From: Acidobacteriota bacterium
Lineage (GTDB): Bacteria > Acidobacteriota > UBA6911 > RPQK01 > JAJDTT01
Assembly (NCBI GenBank): GCA_965209055.1
Contig: OZ242374.1
Span: 4,736,001 to 4,800,000, forward strand
Length of the DNA stretch: 64,000 nt
Direction: 5' to 3'
The notes beneath the pieces were generated by a model that had not been told where the DNA came from, did no database searches, and worked only from the letters and a program-made list of their open reading frames with translations. Shown here in pieces: positions 1 to 10,481 of this stretch. How positions within the stretch are numbered: the first letter of the stretch is position 1; every line of letters starts with the position of its first letter. The position numbers were made by a program, and so were the translations under genes.

Positions 1-998
1 AACCGGTCCGGCATGCCGTAGGTGATGATGGGATGCCGGTTCCCGACCCGCTGCCAATCGATCCCGTCCCGGCTGAAGGCCAATTGGACGTCCACCATGA
101 GGGAGTTGGCGTGATAAACGCTCAGGAACGCGAAATAGACGCCCCGATCCTTGAAAACGGAGGCCGTGTAGAACTGAGTGTCGAGTGGATCCTGCTCATC
201 CGGAACCAGGACGACCTGGTTCTGGGGCAGATCCCACTTCAGGAAGTCGGGACTGGTGGACCGTCCGATGGTCCGGATGGAGACGTTGCCCATGGCCGCG
301 ACGGGAGGTGACGGCAACGGCCGCAGGAACCCTACATACTGCTGGACCCGGTCGTCCCAGATCACCAGTCCCATGCCGATCTTCCCGTCGATGACGGGGT
401 TCCCCTCGTAGGGGGTCCAATGGAGTCCGTCGGGCGAGAAGGCCACTCCCATGTCGCGCGACTGGTCGCCGATGCCGATGAGCGCCTTGTAACGCCTTTG
501 GGGGTCGGGTTCCCGCCGATCGTAGAGGGAGGGCCGGTAGGGGACGGCGTTGTTCTTGCGTCCGTGACCGGGCAGGTCGATCAGGCCCAGGTCCGGCTTC
601 TCCCACACGATTCCGTCCGTGGAGACGGCATAGGCCCGGCCGGCATGGGACCGGTCGACTCGCAGGTACTTCTCACCCGGCTTCTGGTCCCGATCGATGT
701 AGACGTACCACATCTTGTAGAGGCGGTCTTTCTCGTCGAAGACCACGAAGTTGGGATTCGTATACTGTCCCTCCCAGGGCCGGTCCGGTCTCAAGATGGG
801 ATTGGCGGGATGCTTTTCGAGGGGATTCAGGCGCCGGGTCACCTGGCGCATCGCCTGCACCACATGGTCGTCCACGAAGAGCTGGAACTGGCCGGCAACC
901 TCCAGGACTTGCTCCGGCGGCGCCCCCCCTCCGCACGCTCCCAAAAGCGCAACGAGGATAATCCAGACAGTCCACTTCCCTTCCCGAGGCAATCTCAC
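1..998 (-). CDS. Putative lipoprotein, five-bladed beta-propeller glycosidase-like (GH32/GH43/GH130-like); runs off the left edge
   Basis: Not in the ORF track (no stop in window). GTG at 998 follows AAAGGAG; reads VRLPREGKWTVWIILVALLGAC (lipobox) then QLFVDDHVV...KHPANPILRPDRPWEG...YKMWY. Confidence 0.75.
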   Translation of the reverse strand, partial: MRLPREGKWTVWIILVALLGACGGGAPPEQVLEVAGQFQLFVDDHVVQAMRQVTRRLNPLEKHPANPILRPDRPWEGQYTNPNFVVFDEKDRLYKMWYVYIDRDQKPGEKYLRVDRSHAGRAYAVSTDGIVWEKPDLGLIDLPGHGRKNNAVPYRPSLYDRREPDPQRRYKALIGIGDQSRDMGVAFSPDGLHWTPYEGNPVIDGKIGMGLVIWDDRVQQYVGFLRPLPSPPVAAMGNVSIRTIGRSTSPDFLKWDLPQNQVVLVPDEQDPLDTQFYTASVFKDRGVYFAFLSVYHANSLMVDVQLAFSRDGIDWQRVGNRHPIITYGMPDR

Positions 999-1027
999 GG
1001 CATCTCCTTTAATTTTCAACCCGCGGG

Positions 1028-2521
1028 TCAGGCCAGAATGGGTTTCACCACCCGCGCCGGTTCGACGCCGGTCAGGCGGTGATCCAGCCCCTGATAGCGG
1101 AAGGTGAAGCGCTCGTGGTCGATGCCGAAGAGCGAAAGGATGGTGGCCTGAAAGTCGCGCACATGGACCGGGTCGCGCACGATGTTGTAGGAGAAGTCGT
1201 CGGTTTCGCCGTGGACGACGCCCCCCTTGATGCCGCCCCCGGCCATCCAGAGGCTGAAACAGCGGGGATGGTGATCCCGCCCGTAGGTCGTTTCGGTGAG
1301 CTTGCCCTGGCAGTAGACGGTGCGGCCGAACTCGCCGCCCCAGATCACCAGGGTGTCTTCCAGCAACCCTCTCTGTTTCAGGTCCTGGACCAGCCCCCAG
1401 CACCCCTGGTCCACGTCCTTGCATTGGCTGGGCATGACCTGGGGCACCTCGCGGTGCACGTCCCAACCTCGATGGTAGATCTGGACGAAGCGAACGTTGC
1501 GCTCGGCCAGACGGCGCGCCATCAGGCAACTGTACGCGAAAGTCCCGGGGACCTTCGCGTCCTCTCCGTAGAGCTTGTAGGTGCTCTCCGGTTCCTTGGA
1601 GAGGTCGGTCAGCTCCGGCACCGAGGTCTGCATCCGGAACGCCATCTCGTACTGCTCGATCCGGGACAGGGTCTCCGGGTCTCCGATCTGCTGGTGCTGG
1701 AGCCGGTTCATCTCGGCCAGAGAATCCAGCATCCGGCGGCGGACCTGGCCCGGCACGCCGTCAGGATTGTTCACGTAAAGGACCGGGTCGCCGGTGGACC
1801 GTAGCGAAACCCCTGCGAACTTGGAGGAGAGGAAGCCGGAGGTCCAGAGCTTGGCCGAAATGGCCTGCACGTTGGCTTTGGGATGGGAATGGGAGGCGTT
1901 GAGGACTACGAAAGTGGGCAGGTCCTGGTTCATGCTGCCCAGTCCATAGGCCAGCCAGGAGCCGATGCAGGGCCGTCCGGCCACTTCACGCCCGGTCTGG
2001 ATGAAGGTGATGGCCGGTTCGTGATTGATGGCCTCCGTGTGCATGGACCGGATGATGGCCAGGTCATCCACCATGCCTGCCGTGTAGGGCAGGAGCTCGG
2101 AGACCCAAGCCCCACTCTGCCCGTGCTGCTGGAACTTGAAGGCGGAGGGAACGATGGGGAACCGTTCCTGTCCCGAGGTCATGGTGGTCAGCCGCTGCCC
2201 CTTTCGAATCGAGTCGGGCAGGTCCTTGTCCAACCATTTCTCCATCTCCGGCTTGTAGTCGAAGGTCTCCATCTGGGGCGGCGCCCCGACCATGTGCATG
2301 TAGATGGCCCGCTTGGCCTTGGGAGCGAAGTGGGGCAGATGGGGAAGCCCGCCCGTCCGGTCCAGTGCGGTGGCGCCGGCGGCCCGGGTGTCCTCGCCCA
2401 GAAGCGTGGCCAGGGCGGCCAGTCCGAGACCCCGGGCGCCCCGGGCGAAGAGTTGACGGCGAGTCTCGATTCGAACCGCTTCGTCCGAAAGAATTCCGGG
2501 AGGAGTCAGATAGCAGGTCAT
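1028..2521 (-). CDS. DUF1501 family (sulfatase-like) protein
   Basis: TRRQLF Tat-like start, [31 protein letters not shown] motifs; ATG overlaps the upstream stop. Confidence 0.9.
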   Translation of the reverse strand: MTCYLTPPGILSDEAVRIETRRQLFARGARGLGLAALATLLGEDTRAAGATALDRTGGLPHLPHFAPKAKRAIYMHMVGAPPQMETFDYKPEMEKWLDKDLPDSIRKGQRLTTMTSGQERFPIVPSAFKFQQHGQSGAWVSELLPYTAGMVDDLAIIRSMHTEAINHEPAITFIQTGREVAGRPCIGSWLAYGLGSMNQDLPTFVVLNASHSHPKANVQAISAKLWTSGFLSSKFAGVSLRSTGDPVLYVNNPDGVPGQVRRRMLDSLAEMNRLQHQQIGDPETLSRIEQYEMAFRMQTSVPELTDLSKEPESTYKLYGEDAKVPGTFAYSCLMARRLAERNVRFVQIYHRGWDVHREVPQVMPSQCKDVDQGCWGLVQDLKQRGLLEDTLVIWGGEFGRTVYCQGKLTETTYGRDHHPRCFSLWMAGGGIKGGVVHGETDDFSYNIVRDPVHVRDFQATILSLFGIDHERFTFRYQGLDHRLTGVEPARVVKPILA

Positions 2522-5500
2522 TTGTTCAACACCTCGTCCAGATTCATGAGCTGATTGGCCACCATGGTCCAAGCGGCGAACTCGGCCTTGGGAAGGCTCT
2601 CGTCGGCTTCGGAATCGCCCACCGAGAGGGCTTTCCCAGCCTGGTCGGGGTGGTCCGCGTAATAGCTCAGGTAATCGCTGAAAGCCTTCCGGGCCACCTC
2701 CTGCTCCGCCTCATGGAGAGAACGCGCCAAGAGATGGGAGGCCATGAAGTCGAGCCGCTGGTCCGCACCCGGCGCCGCCTGCATGGCCCGCTGGGCCAGG
2801 TGGCGGGCGGCTTCGAAAAACTGGACTCCATTGAGCGTCAGCAGGGCCTGTAAGGGGGTGTTCGTTCGCTCGCGCCGAACCGTGCATTCCTCCCGGGTGG
2901 GAGCATTGAAGACCACCAGTTGCGGCGGAGGCGCGGCCCGCTTCCAGAAGGTGTAAAGGCTCCTCCGGTAAATGTCCGATCCCGAGTCCTGCGTGTAGAA
3001 GCGGGTGTTGCTGCCCTCCATGGCCACCGCTTCCCACAGCCCCTCCGGCTGGTAGGTCTTGACGCTGCGTCCGCCGATTCGACGCTCCAGCAGTCCGCTG
3101 GCGGCCAGGGCGTAGTCCCGCACCATCTCCCCGTCCATGCGAAAACGGGGCCCCCGCGAGAAGAGGCGGTTTCCCGGATCCTTCTTGACCTTCTCGTCGG
3201 TGGCCCGGGCCGACTGCCGGTAGGTGGCCGAATCCAGCATCAGGCTGAAGAGATGCTTCACGTCCCAACCCGAATCCCGGAACTCCACGGCCAGCCAATC
3301 CAGGAGCTGCGGGTGCGTGGGCGCCTCGCCCTGGGACCCGAAGTCTTCCGACGTCCTGACCAGACCCGTTCCGAAGACTTCCTGCCAGAAGCGGTTCACC
3401 ATGACGCGGCTCGTGAGCGGGTTGTCGTCCGCCACCAGCCAACGCGCCAATCCCAGCCGGTTCCGCGGGAGGTTCGGGTCCATGGCGGGCAGAACACCCG
3501 GCGTGGCCGGCTGCACCTCATCGCCCCGCTGGTCGTACATCCCGCGGCGGAGGATGTGGGCCATGGGATCGCTTTCCGCGTTCTCCCGCATCACGTGGGT
3601 CAGACTGCTCCCGCGGAGGATCGAGCGCCGCTCGTCCTGAAGCGATTTCAAGTGCCGGGCCACCTCCCCGAACTCGGCGTGCCGGCGAACCAGAAAATAG
3701 GCCCGGAGCGCCTCCCGGTCGACGGCATTCGGCTTTGCCGCGTCCTGTTTCCGCAACGCAGTCAGCGAATCCCACTGCGCCAACAGCCGGGCTTCGGACT
3801 CCCCCACCGCCCGGTTCAGAATCCTGAACTGACGGATCGAACCGTTCAGAAAGTCGAACTTGCCGGCGGACGGCCGGTCTCCGGCGCCCAGCACCAAGGG
3901 CGTGCTGTTTTTGATCGATCCCTCCAGGACCCGGATGGCCCGGCCGAAGCCCTGGGTGGGCACAACGGTGCCGTCGAGGTAGAGGTTCATGCCCGTACGC
4001 TGGCGCAGGCCGTCATAGGTGACAATCACGTTGTGCCACTGATCCGGCACCAGCTTGTTCTCCTCGACGCCGCGGATCCCCATGTTGCGGCCATCCTTCA
4101 CCTGGAGGTTCAGCGACGGCCGGTCGCCGCTGATCTCCAAACTCCAGCCGCGGTTTTCATCATCGGGATCGACCTGCCGGGCCAGCATCATGCGGGAGCC
4201 CCCCTTCCAAAACCGGAAGGTCACGGAAAGGGTGAAGGGGCGGTCTGCCTGGAGCCCTGGGAAATCCTCGATCTCCAGGTAAGACTCATCGGGCAATTCC
4301 AGGGAAGGGATGGCGCCCGACCGATCGATTCGGGAGGAACCGGACAACGCTAGTTCTCTTTTCTCCGAACCGGCGCGGAGGTGGGGCGTCTCCCCCAGTT
4401 CCAGGGAGAAGACCTGGGAACCGTCGAATTCGTCCAGATCCAAATCGAGATCCCGGTCCGAGTCCAGCCAGCGGCGGAACTCCTCGTCCGCGGCCTGCTC
4501 GATCTGGTCCCGCTTGTCTCTGGCGGCCGGCTCTTCCTGCCTCAATTCCTCCCACCTGATGGCGTCGCTTCTGGCCGGCACGATCATCACTGGAGGCGGG
4601 TCGAAGGCGTTTCCGTCCAGGGGTTTCTGGGTCGTATTGCGGAAGAAGGCGGCCAACGAGTAGAAGTCCTTCTGGGTGATGGGATCGAACTTGTGGTCAT
4701 GGCAGGTGGCGCAGCCCACCGTCAGGCCCAGCCAGACCGTGCCGGTGGTGTCGACCCGGTCCTTGGCGTACATGACCTCCACTTCCTCCTTGATGACGCC
4801 CCCTTCGTTGGTGGTGATGTTGCAGCGATGGAAACCGGTGGCGACGAGTTGCTCCGGTGTCGGGTCCGGCAGCAGGTCGCCGGCCAATTGCTCCACCGTA
4901 AACTGGTCGAAGGGAAGGTTCCGGTTGAAGGCCCGGATGACCCAGTCGCGATAGGCCCACATCTCGCGGTAGTTGTCGATGTGCAGGCCGTGGGTGTCGC
5001 CGTAGCGGGCCGCATCGAGCCAATAGCGGCCCCGGTGCTCCCCGTAAGCTGCGGACCGCATCCGGCCGTCGACCCACCTGGAGTAAGCATCCGAAGAGGC
5101 ATCCGCCACGAACTGCTCCACCTCATGCGGGAGGGGCGGCAACCCGGTGAGGTCCAGGGAGGTCCGCCGAGCCAACGTGCGGCGGTCCGCCTCCCGGGCC
5201 GGCGTCAAGTCCTCCTTCTCGAGTCGGGCCAGGACAAAGCGGTCGATGGGATTGCGGACCCATTCCGGGGACTGGACCTGGGGGAGCGGGGGCCGGGTCA
5301 GAGGAGCGAAGGACCAGTGCTCCTCCCACGGAGCTCCCTCCTCGATCCAACGCCGCACCACCTGGATCTGATCTTCCGTCAGTTCCTTGTGGGCGTACTT
5401 GGGCGGCATCCGCAGGGCGGCATCCGGGTGAGTGATCCGCTGGTAGACGAGGCTTGACTCCGGGTCGCCTGGAGCAACCGGCGACCCCGCGGGCCGCTGG

Positions 5501-5769
5501 GAAAAGACGCCCTCCTCCAGGTCCAGTCTCAAGTCGGCCAGCCGGGCCTTGGGATCCGGGCCGTGACACTCGAAGCAGGAGTCGGAAAGGATGGGCCGCA
5601 CCTGCGACTGAAAGTCCACCGGCGCCTCGTCCCCCGCCGCGCCCGACGGCGGCGCACTCAACACCGCAACACCGGTAAGCACTGTCACCAGAACCGCTGA
5701 TACCTGTCTGAAAGACAACCTTGTAGGCAAGATAGCGCCTATTCTACACGGTTCCCCTGCGTGACTCAC
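2518..5769 (-). CDS. Planctomycete-type cytochrome c / DUF1549 / LamG-like / DUF1553 protein
   Basis: CFECHG and [11 protein letters not shown] heme motifs, [30 protein letters not shown]; exact start uncertain. Confidence 0.9.
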   Translation of the reverse strand: MSHAGEPCRIGAILPTRLSFRQVSAVLVTVLTGVAVLSAPPSGAAGDEAPVDFQSQVRPILSDSCFECHGPDPKARLADLRLDLEEGVFSQRPAGSPVAPGDPESSLVYQRITHPDAALRMPPKYAHKELTEDQIQVVRRWIEEGAPWEEHWSFAPLTRPPLPQVQSPEWVRNPIDRFVLARLEKEDLTPAREADRRTLARRTSLDLTGLPPLPHEVEQFVADASSDAYSRWVDGRMRSAAYGEHRGRYWLDAARYGDTHGLHIDNYREMWAYRDWVIRAFNRNLPFDQFTVEQLAGDLLPDPTPEQLVATGFHRCNITTNEGGVIKEEVEVMYAKDRVDTTGTVWLGLTVGCATCHDHKFDPITQKDFYSLAAFFRNTTQKPLDGNAFDPPPVMIVPARSDAIRWEELRQEEPAARDKRDQIEQAADEEFRRWLDSDRDLDLDLDEFDGSQVFSLELGETPHLRAGSEKRELALSGSSRIDRSGAIPSLELPDESYLEIEDFPGLQADRPFTLSVTFRFWKGGSRMMLARQVDPDDENRGWSLEISGDRPSLNLQVKDGRNMGIRGVEENKLVPDQWHNVIVTYDGLRQRTGMNLYLDGTVVPTQGFGRAIRVLEGSIKNSTPLVLGAGDRPSAGKFDFLNGSIRQFRILNRAVGESEARLLAQWDSLTALRKQDAAKPNAVDREALRAYFLVRRHAEFGEVARHLKSLQDERRSILRGSSLTHVMRENAESDPMAHILRRGMYDQRGDEVQPATPGVLPAMDPNLPRNRLGLARWLVADDNPLTSRVMVNRFWQEVFGTGLVRTSEDFGSQGEAPTHPQLLDWLAVEFRDSGWDVKHLFSLMLDSATYRQSARATDEKVKKDPGNRLFSRGPRFRMDGEMVRDYALAASGLLERRIGGRSVKTYQPEGLWEAVAMEGSNTRFYTQDSGSDIYRRSLYTFWKRAAPPPQLVVFNAPTREECTVRRERTNTPLQALLTLNGVQFFEAARHLAQRAMQAAPGADQRLDFMASHLLARSLHEAEQEVARKAFSDYLSYYADHPDQAGKALSVGDSEADESLPKAEFAAWTMVANQLMNLDEVLNK

Positions 5770-5849
5770 TAGTTCGGAGGAAAGAGCAAATGGGAATAAG
5801 GAAAGAGCGCTGTGTTGGCGGGACTAACTTGTCGGACGAACTGCGCAAC

Positions 5850-6000
5850 ATTGAAACCAGAGGCGGATCTTTCGGAGAAGGGGTTGGTTCGGCCGCGGCC
5901 ATTAGGAGCGCCATCACGCAGCCGAGGCACAAGTCCGTGTCTTGCTGCGTCGCACAATTCATCTCCAGGAACGCGGGCTGGCTGGAGGAATCCGGGACTG
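5850..6000 (+). pseudogene. Possible degenerate hicA toxin remnant
   Basis: ITQPRHKSVSCCVAQFISRNAGWL resembles the HicA C-terminus; lies directly upstream of hicB; no intact N-terminus. Confidence 0.4.
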
Positions 6001-6008
6001 GAGAAGAT

Positions 6009-6292
6009 ATGATCCAATATCCCACATTGATGGATGGTGAGGCGGGGGTCTACGGTGTTTCGTTTCCCGATCTGCCGGGGATCGTCGCCATGGGAGCGAC
6101 CAAGGACGAGGCCCTGCTGCAGGCAGAACGGGCTCTTGGAAACTATGCGGTCGAAACCGAACGAGCCGGTGAAGACATGAATCCGCCGATGCGCCCGAGC
6201 AGATCGAAATCCCGACTGGGCACACCCTGGTGTCCGGTCGGATCCCCCCGTGGCGCCAGTGGAGGGTACTCGTCAAGACGAACTGGAAGTGA
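6009..6292 (+). pseudogene. hicB: HicB family antitoxin, apparently frameshifted near 6190
   Basis: MIQYPTLMDGEAGVYGVSFPDLPGIVAMGATKDEAL; a plausible continuation DAPEQIEIPTGHTLVS lies in another frame ending TGA at 6292. Confidence 0.7.
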
Positions 6293-6409
6293 TGGAGACG
6301 AATTTGGCAGCAGTGGCTCACAATAGCCGAAACCGACACTCGATTGCCTTCGAGATTTGATCTCTTGTGAACCGGCTGACCTTGCCGGGCACGGGCCCGC
6401 TATAACTTG

Positions 6410-7165
6410 CTAATCCGTGACGCGGCGATAAAGCGATCTTGGATGTGAGCCACTGCCACCGGGTTCGGGGCGGGCTCCCGTGTCCTCATAGCCGAGCCAC
6501 GGCTTGGAGCTGTCTGCAACCAGCAGGAACTTCGGCAGGACGCCGGTGCTCCTGGCAATGCGATCCAGCAACCCACCTAGGTCGAAACGGTCGTAATTGC
6601 CACCAAAGCCATGATCCTGGATCACCGCCAGATACGGCGGGGGGGTACCGTCGCCCTGGCAGTACAGCGCGTCGTAGCTGGCAATCCCGTCACCGCCGAT
6701 GAACAGAATCGCAAGGCGTCGCGGTCCATGGTCTTCACCGCCGCGCTGTCGGTCCAGAACAACAAACCAACCGAACGGTTCAACCCAACTGTTCCTTGAA
6801 TGCTTGAGATCGTCTGCGGAAACGTGCGGCGTCCATCCGCCGGGCCGCAAGGCGTCCTTGGACACCTCCTCCTGATGGGCAATAGCATATCCGCGAAAGC
6901 TCTGTTCCCGGCTGTTCACGCGTGCGACAAGCGTGCCCGGGTCAACTCCGTAGTCGACGTATATGAAGGTGTGAGCGGCGTGAGACAACGCGCAGAGTTT
7001 CACCGGTTGTCCGTCATTTCCGCTACCCGGATAGTAGACGGTGCGGGCGGAGAAGAAAGTCTCACGGTCGAAGCGTGGAGGGTGGTTACCGGCAAGCCGC
7101 TCGGGCAGTGGTTCTGGGTCGCACCGCATAATATCTACGATGGTCGGTATAGGAGTTTCCTGCAT
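6410..7165 (-). CDS. Hypothetical protein, possible SAM-binding Rossmann-like fold
   Basis: 251-aa ORF; TVYYPGSGNDG followed by FIYVDYG. Confidence 0.65.
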   Translation of the reverse strand: MQETPIPTIVDIMRCDPEPLPERLAGNHPPRFDRETFFSARTVYYPGSGNDGQPVKLCALSHAAHTFIYVDYGVDPGTLVARVNSREQSFRGYAIAHQEEVSKDALRPGGWTPHVSADDLKHSRNSWVEPFGWFVVLDRQRGGEDHGPRRLAILFIGGDGIASYDALYCQGDGTPPPYLAVIQDHGFGGNYDRFDLGGLLDRIARSTGVLPKFLLVADSSKPWLGYEDTGARPEPGGSGSHPRSLYRRVTD

Positions 7166-7243
7166 GGTCGTCTTTCCTCACTGTCCTCCCCGCACCGCCG
7201 ACGCTCGGCATCTTGCGATGCGGCAGTACAGGAACGAGTCGTG

Positions 7244-7264
7244 GCAGAGAAGCTGACTGTCCCC
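7244..7264 (+). repeat. Island boundary repeat, copy 1
   Basis: GCAGAGAAGCTGACTGTCCCC, 19/21 identical to copy 3. Confidence 0.75.
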
Positions 7265-7310
7265 CTTCTCATCCTTGCAGTTGGGTGCCAAGTCCTGGCC
7301 GCCCAACCCG

Positions 7311-8054
7311 CTAACTTCGGACTCCGCTCCGTCGGCTGACGCGATTGAGCCGGTGCTCGAAGTACCGGCGGAACACTGCGTTCTCCGGATACGATGCCGG
7401 ATCAGCCCAGATTGCCCCAAGGCGGCCCACTAATCCGGCAATCCAATCCGCTGCCTGGAGAGTCTGATACCGGTGGCTTTCCAGATGGAACGGTGGCTCA
7501 ATAAGATGACGGCGCCGTTCCGTCCTCGCATACATGCTCCGTGCCGCTTCGGTTATCAGGGCAGATCGCTGATCGTGTTCGTCGAGAATCAGGACGAAAT
7601 TCCCAGGCGGACTACAATCCTCTTCGCAGAATCCGTCAATCCGCTTGATCGCCTCAAGAAATACCCGTGTGTAGAGCCTGTTCGAATTGTGCTCCCTCGC
7701 CGCCGTAGTCTTCTTGAGACCGACATAGAAGACGAATCCGCCGAGCGCTTCGATCTTGTTGAACAACCGGTTGGTGAACTTCCTGAGTTTTGCGTACCGC
7801 GTCACGTTCTTGACGGTGTAGAGGCTCGCCCCCTTCTTTTCCCATAGGGCGGGATGTTTCCCCGACCGGTTGATCTCAAAACTGAGGAGCTCGCACTTGC
7901 GCTGGAAGAACCAGGATCCGAACCCACGCACCACTTCGGAAGCGAGGGCGAAGCCCGCCAAGCCGAACACTGGACTGTCCTTGTACCTTCGGTCTCGCCT
8001 TCTGACGTAGGGGCCGAAATGTCCGAGTTCATCAAGATAAGCGAAGTACGTCAC
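7311..8054 (-). CDS. DUF3800 family protein
   Basis: YFAYLDELG, LILDEH and LQAADWIAG acidic motifs; likely GTG start at 8054. Confidence 0.8.
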   Translation of the reverse strand: MTYFAYLDELGHFGPYVRRRDRRYKDSPVFGLAGFALASEVVRGFGSWFFQRKCELLSFEINRSGKHPALWEKKGASLYTVKNVTRYAKLRKFTNRLFNKIEALGGFVFYVGLKKTTAAREHNSNRLYTRVFLEAIKRIDGFCEEDCSPPGNFVLILDEHDQRSALITEAARSMYARTERRRHLIEPPFHLESHRYQTLQAADWIAGLVGRLGAIWADPASYPENAVFRRYFEHRLNRVSRRSGVRS

Positions 8055-8059
8055 CGATG

Positions 8060-8135
8060 GGGTCTCCGGAAACACGAAAGCCCGTGCCGGAGCACGGGCC
8101 TCGGAAAGAGAGCAGGACGAGCTTGCATCTCACAA
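8060..8135 (-). ncRNA. Putative structured leader / DUF3800-associated RNA
   Basis: Perfect 8-bp stem GCCCGTGC-loop-GCACGGGC at 8080-8099 followed by TTTCG on the minus strand; TATAGT -10-like box at 8139-8144. Confidence 0.45.
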
Positions 8136-8208
8136 ACAACTATACCTCTTCGAAGATGATCTGCCGAAAATGGTGGGAAGCGGTCCTATTTCCAGAAATG
8201 CTCGACCG

Positions 8209-9222
8209 TTAGGGAACATCTGACCAATTCGGCCAGAGTCGCTGCGTTGGCTCCTCGAACAGAATCCGGCGCAGAACATCGATCCTGTGACAATAAGAGA
8301 GACCCACGTGCAGTTTGTACAGTTCGCCGCTCTCATGGTTGTCGTTCCGTATGTGACCGGACATAATCCCTACCAAGTGGGAACGACGGTGCCTTTCCGT
8401 CACCTGGCGCTCGCCGCCCGCGAGCTTCATTGTAAGGTGGTCGAAGAAGGGATGACCTGTCGGATAGGTCATGATAGGAGCGCCCGAGCTGCCTGCAAAC
8501 GACTGCGCCTCCAACAGGTAGATGTCGTCCTTGTCTATGTCTGGCGACTGGAAGCCACCCTTGGGGTCGCTGGATATACGGCCAGATCGAAGTATGGGAT
8601 AGCCGTTCGTCCAAGGCTGTATGGAAGTAAAGGCTACCTCGGCGCCCCATGGGAGACTGCCGCACATTTGCGCATCTTCCGTGATGTTGCGAACGTCCAA
8701 CGCGTTCAGCGTGGCGCTCGTCTTCTTCAGCGATGCGGTGGTCCCAACAAGACCACGGGCGTCCCCGATTCCGATGGCGAGCAGGGCGATGTCGAGCCTG
8801 TCGTTCTTGGGAACCAAAACGCTGAAGTCTCCGCGCGGGAGAACGGCTGGCGTGAGTCGCTCCCCTTCCTCGCCGAACATCTGAACCCGGACTTCAGACA
8901 GGTTCCAGGCGTACTCGCCAGCGTGATTGTAGGCAAAATCCACAACGTGGCGACAGGTCACGAGTACGGGCAAACTGCTGCCTCCTGCGGGCTCAGGCGT
9001 GTCAGGGGGAAGTAACCGGAGCTTTTTTATCAACACGCCGAGTCGAGGGTGTGCCGCTGAGTCCAACCGGAGGAGAAACCCGGAGCCCCGACCTGACTTT
9101 ACAGCGTCATGCCTTGTGAACGACACGTCGATTGCGGTGACCAAGGAAAGGAACCTCCTTGAGATCGAGGAGTACGGTTTGACGACAACGCCACCGTTGC
9201 CTGGTTCCTTGGCGATGGTCAT
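8209..9222 (-). CDS. Trypsin-like serine protease domain protein without signal peptide
   Basis: GSGFL, VTCRHVV (His), DIALL (Asp), AGSSGAP (Ser). Confidence 0.8.
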   Translation of the reverse strand: MTIAKEPGNGGVVVKPYSSISRRFLSLVTAIDVSFTRHDAVKSGRGSGFLLRLDSAAHPRLGVLIKKLRLLPPDTPEPAGGSSLPVLVTCRHVVDFAYNHAGEYAWNLSEVRVQMFGEEGERLTPAVLPRGDFSVLVPKNDRLDIALLAIGIGDARGLVGTTASLKKTSATLNALDVRNITEDAQMCGSLPWGAEVAFTSIQPWTNGYPILRSGRISSDPKGGFQSPDIDKDDIYLLEAQSFAGSSGAPIMTYPTGHPFFDHLTMKLAGGERQVTERHRRSHLVGIMSGHIRNDNHESGELYKLHVGLSYCHRIDVLRRILFEEPTQRLWPNWSDVP

Positions 9223-9504
9223 GTCCTATCTGTCCTTCTCTGAGTTGTGAAAAATGGCTCTTCACCTGGCGTGGTGGGCGGGGAGCATCCGAAGCTGAAT
9301 CATAGGGCGGGCTGGAGGGCTTTCGCAAGCGATGCGGTGTGACGGCGACGTGAGGGGGGAGGCGCGTAGGAATCGGGCGTACCGCCGACGCGACGAGGGA
9401 TCCTCTCGACCTCTCCACGCACAAAGGCTCGGTCTGGCCACCCAGGCCACGGGTACTGCTGCTGGACGGGGAGGAGTCGGACGGGCTACCTTTCAGGATC
9501 GCGC

Positions 9505-10006
9505 GGCTCATAGGAGATTGCGTGGTGAGGCTGCGGAGCGTCCGCCCGCAGCACCTGTCCCACAATGAGACGGAAAGGCAGTGACTGACATGGCCGGGAG
9601 GGACTTGCTGGACGCCGTTCTGGGCCTCGGACCGGAGTGGAAAGTCACGAAGGTGGAGCAGTCGCGGAAACCGAAGGAACTTCGAGTCGAGTTGCAACGG
9701 ACGCGACGGAGCCCGTTGAGGTGTCCTCACTGCGGCGAGGCATGCCCAGGCTACGATACGCGCCGCCGCAAGTGGCGGAACCCTGACGCATGGGGCTACA
9801 AAACCTTCATGGTCTGCATTGTCCCGCAGGTCGAATGCCCGGAGCACAGTGTGGTTACAATCCAGGTGCCCTGGGCGGAGGGGAGTTCGAGATATACTGC
9901 CCAGTTCGAGGCGGAAGTCATCGGGTGGCTGAAGGAAGCGAGCGTCAAGGCAGTTGCCGGGCGGATGCGGCTGAGCTGGAACGCGGTGGATGGAATCATG
10001 CAACGG
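9505..10006 (+). mobile_element. Truncated ISL3 family element (left end plus 5-prime part of transposase)
   Basis: End GGCTCATAGGAGATTGCGTGG; ORF from 9581 has CPHCG zinc finger, VPWAEGSSRYT and LSWNAVDGIMQR, then breaks at the repeat with no DDE domain. Confidence 0.85.
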
Positions 10007-10007
10007 A

Positions 10008-10028
10008 GCAGAAAAGGTAACTGTCCCC
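10008..10028 (+). repeat. Island boundary repeat, copy 2
   Basis: GCAGAAAAGGTAACTGTCCCC, 20/21 identical to copy 3. Confidence 0.85.
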
Positions 10029-10481
10029 GTCTTAGCGGTTTCCACCGTCGAAGGGTTGGCGACCGATCCGCCGTGGACGGACGCACAGTAGAGACTGATC
10101 GAGAGTGCCCCCGCTTGGCTTGAGCGGACGCATCGCGACGGCGAAGAGGTCGGCCAGGTCGCCAAGGCGATTCGCGGAATACGACCCGAGAGCATCCGTC
10201 AGCGGATACGGAAGATGCTTGATTCAAATGACCTGTCGGACTTGTGGCGGGATTGGGACGCCCTGTACGGGAAGCGGAGCCGCTTGTTCCACGGTGGCAA
10301 GAAGGACGGCGGCGAGCACCGGGGCGAACACTTGGAGGAATCCGAGCTTCACGCCTTGAGTCAAGAGGCATTGACGCTCTGTGGCAGGATCGTCCTGTCC
10401 ATGGCAAAGCGAGAATGGATTCCAGTTCCCGACCGAGCTAGCGTGCATTTCGGTGTCGATCCCCGCGAGGCCCCGGCATGA
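10029..10481 (+). pseudogene. 5-prime-truncated HEPN-like (Apea-type) gene remnant
   Basis: Frame of ORF 10215-10481 extends back to 10029 (VLAVSTVEGLA...) with one in-frame TAG; LYGKRSRLFHG carries an RxxxxH motif. Confidence 0.55.
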
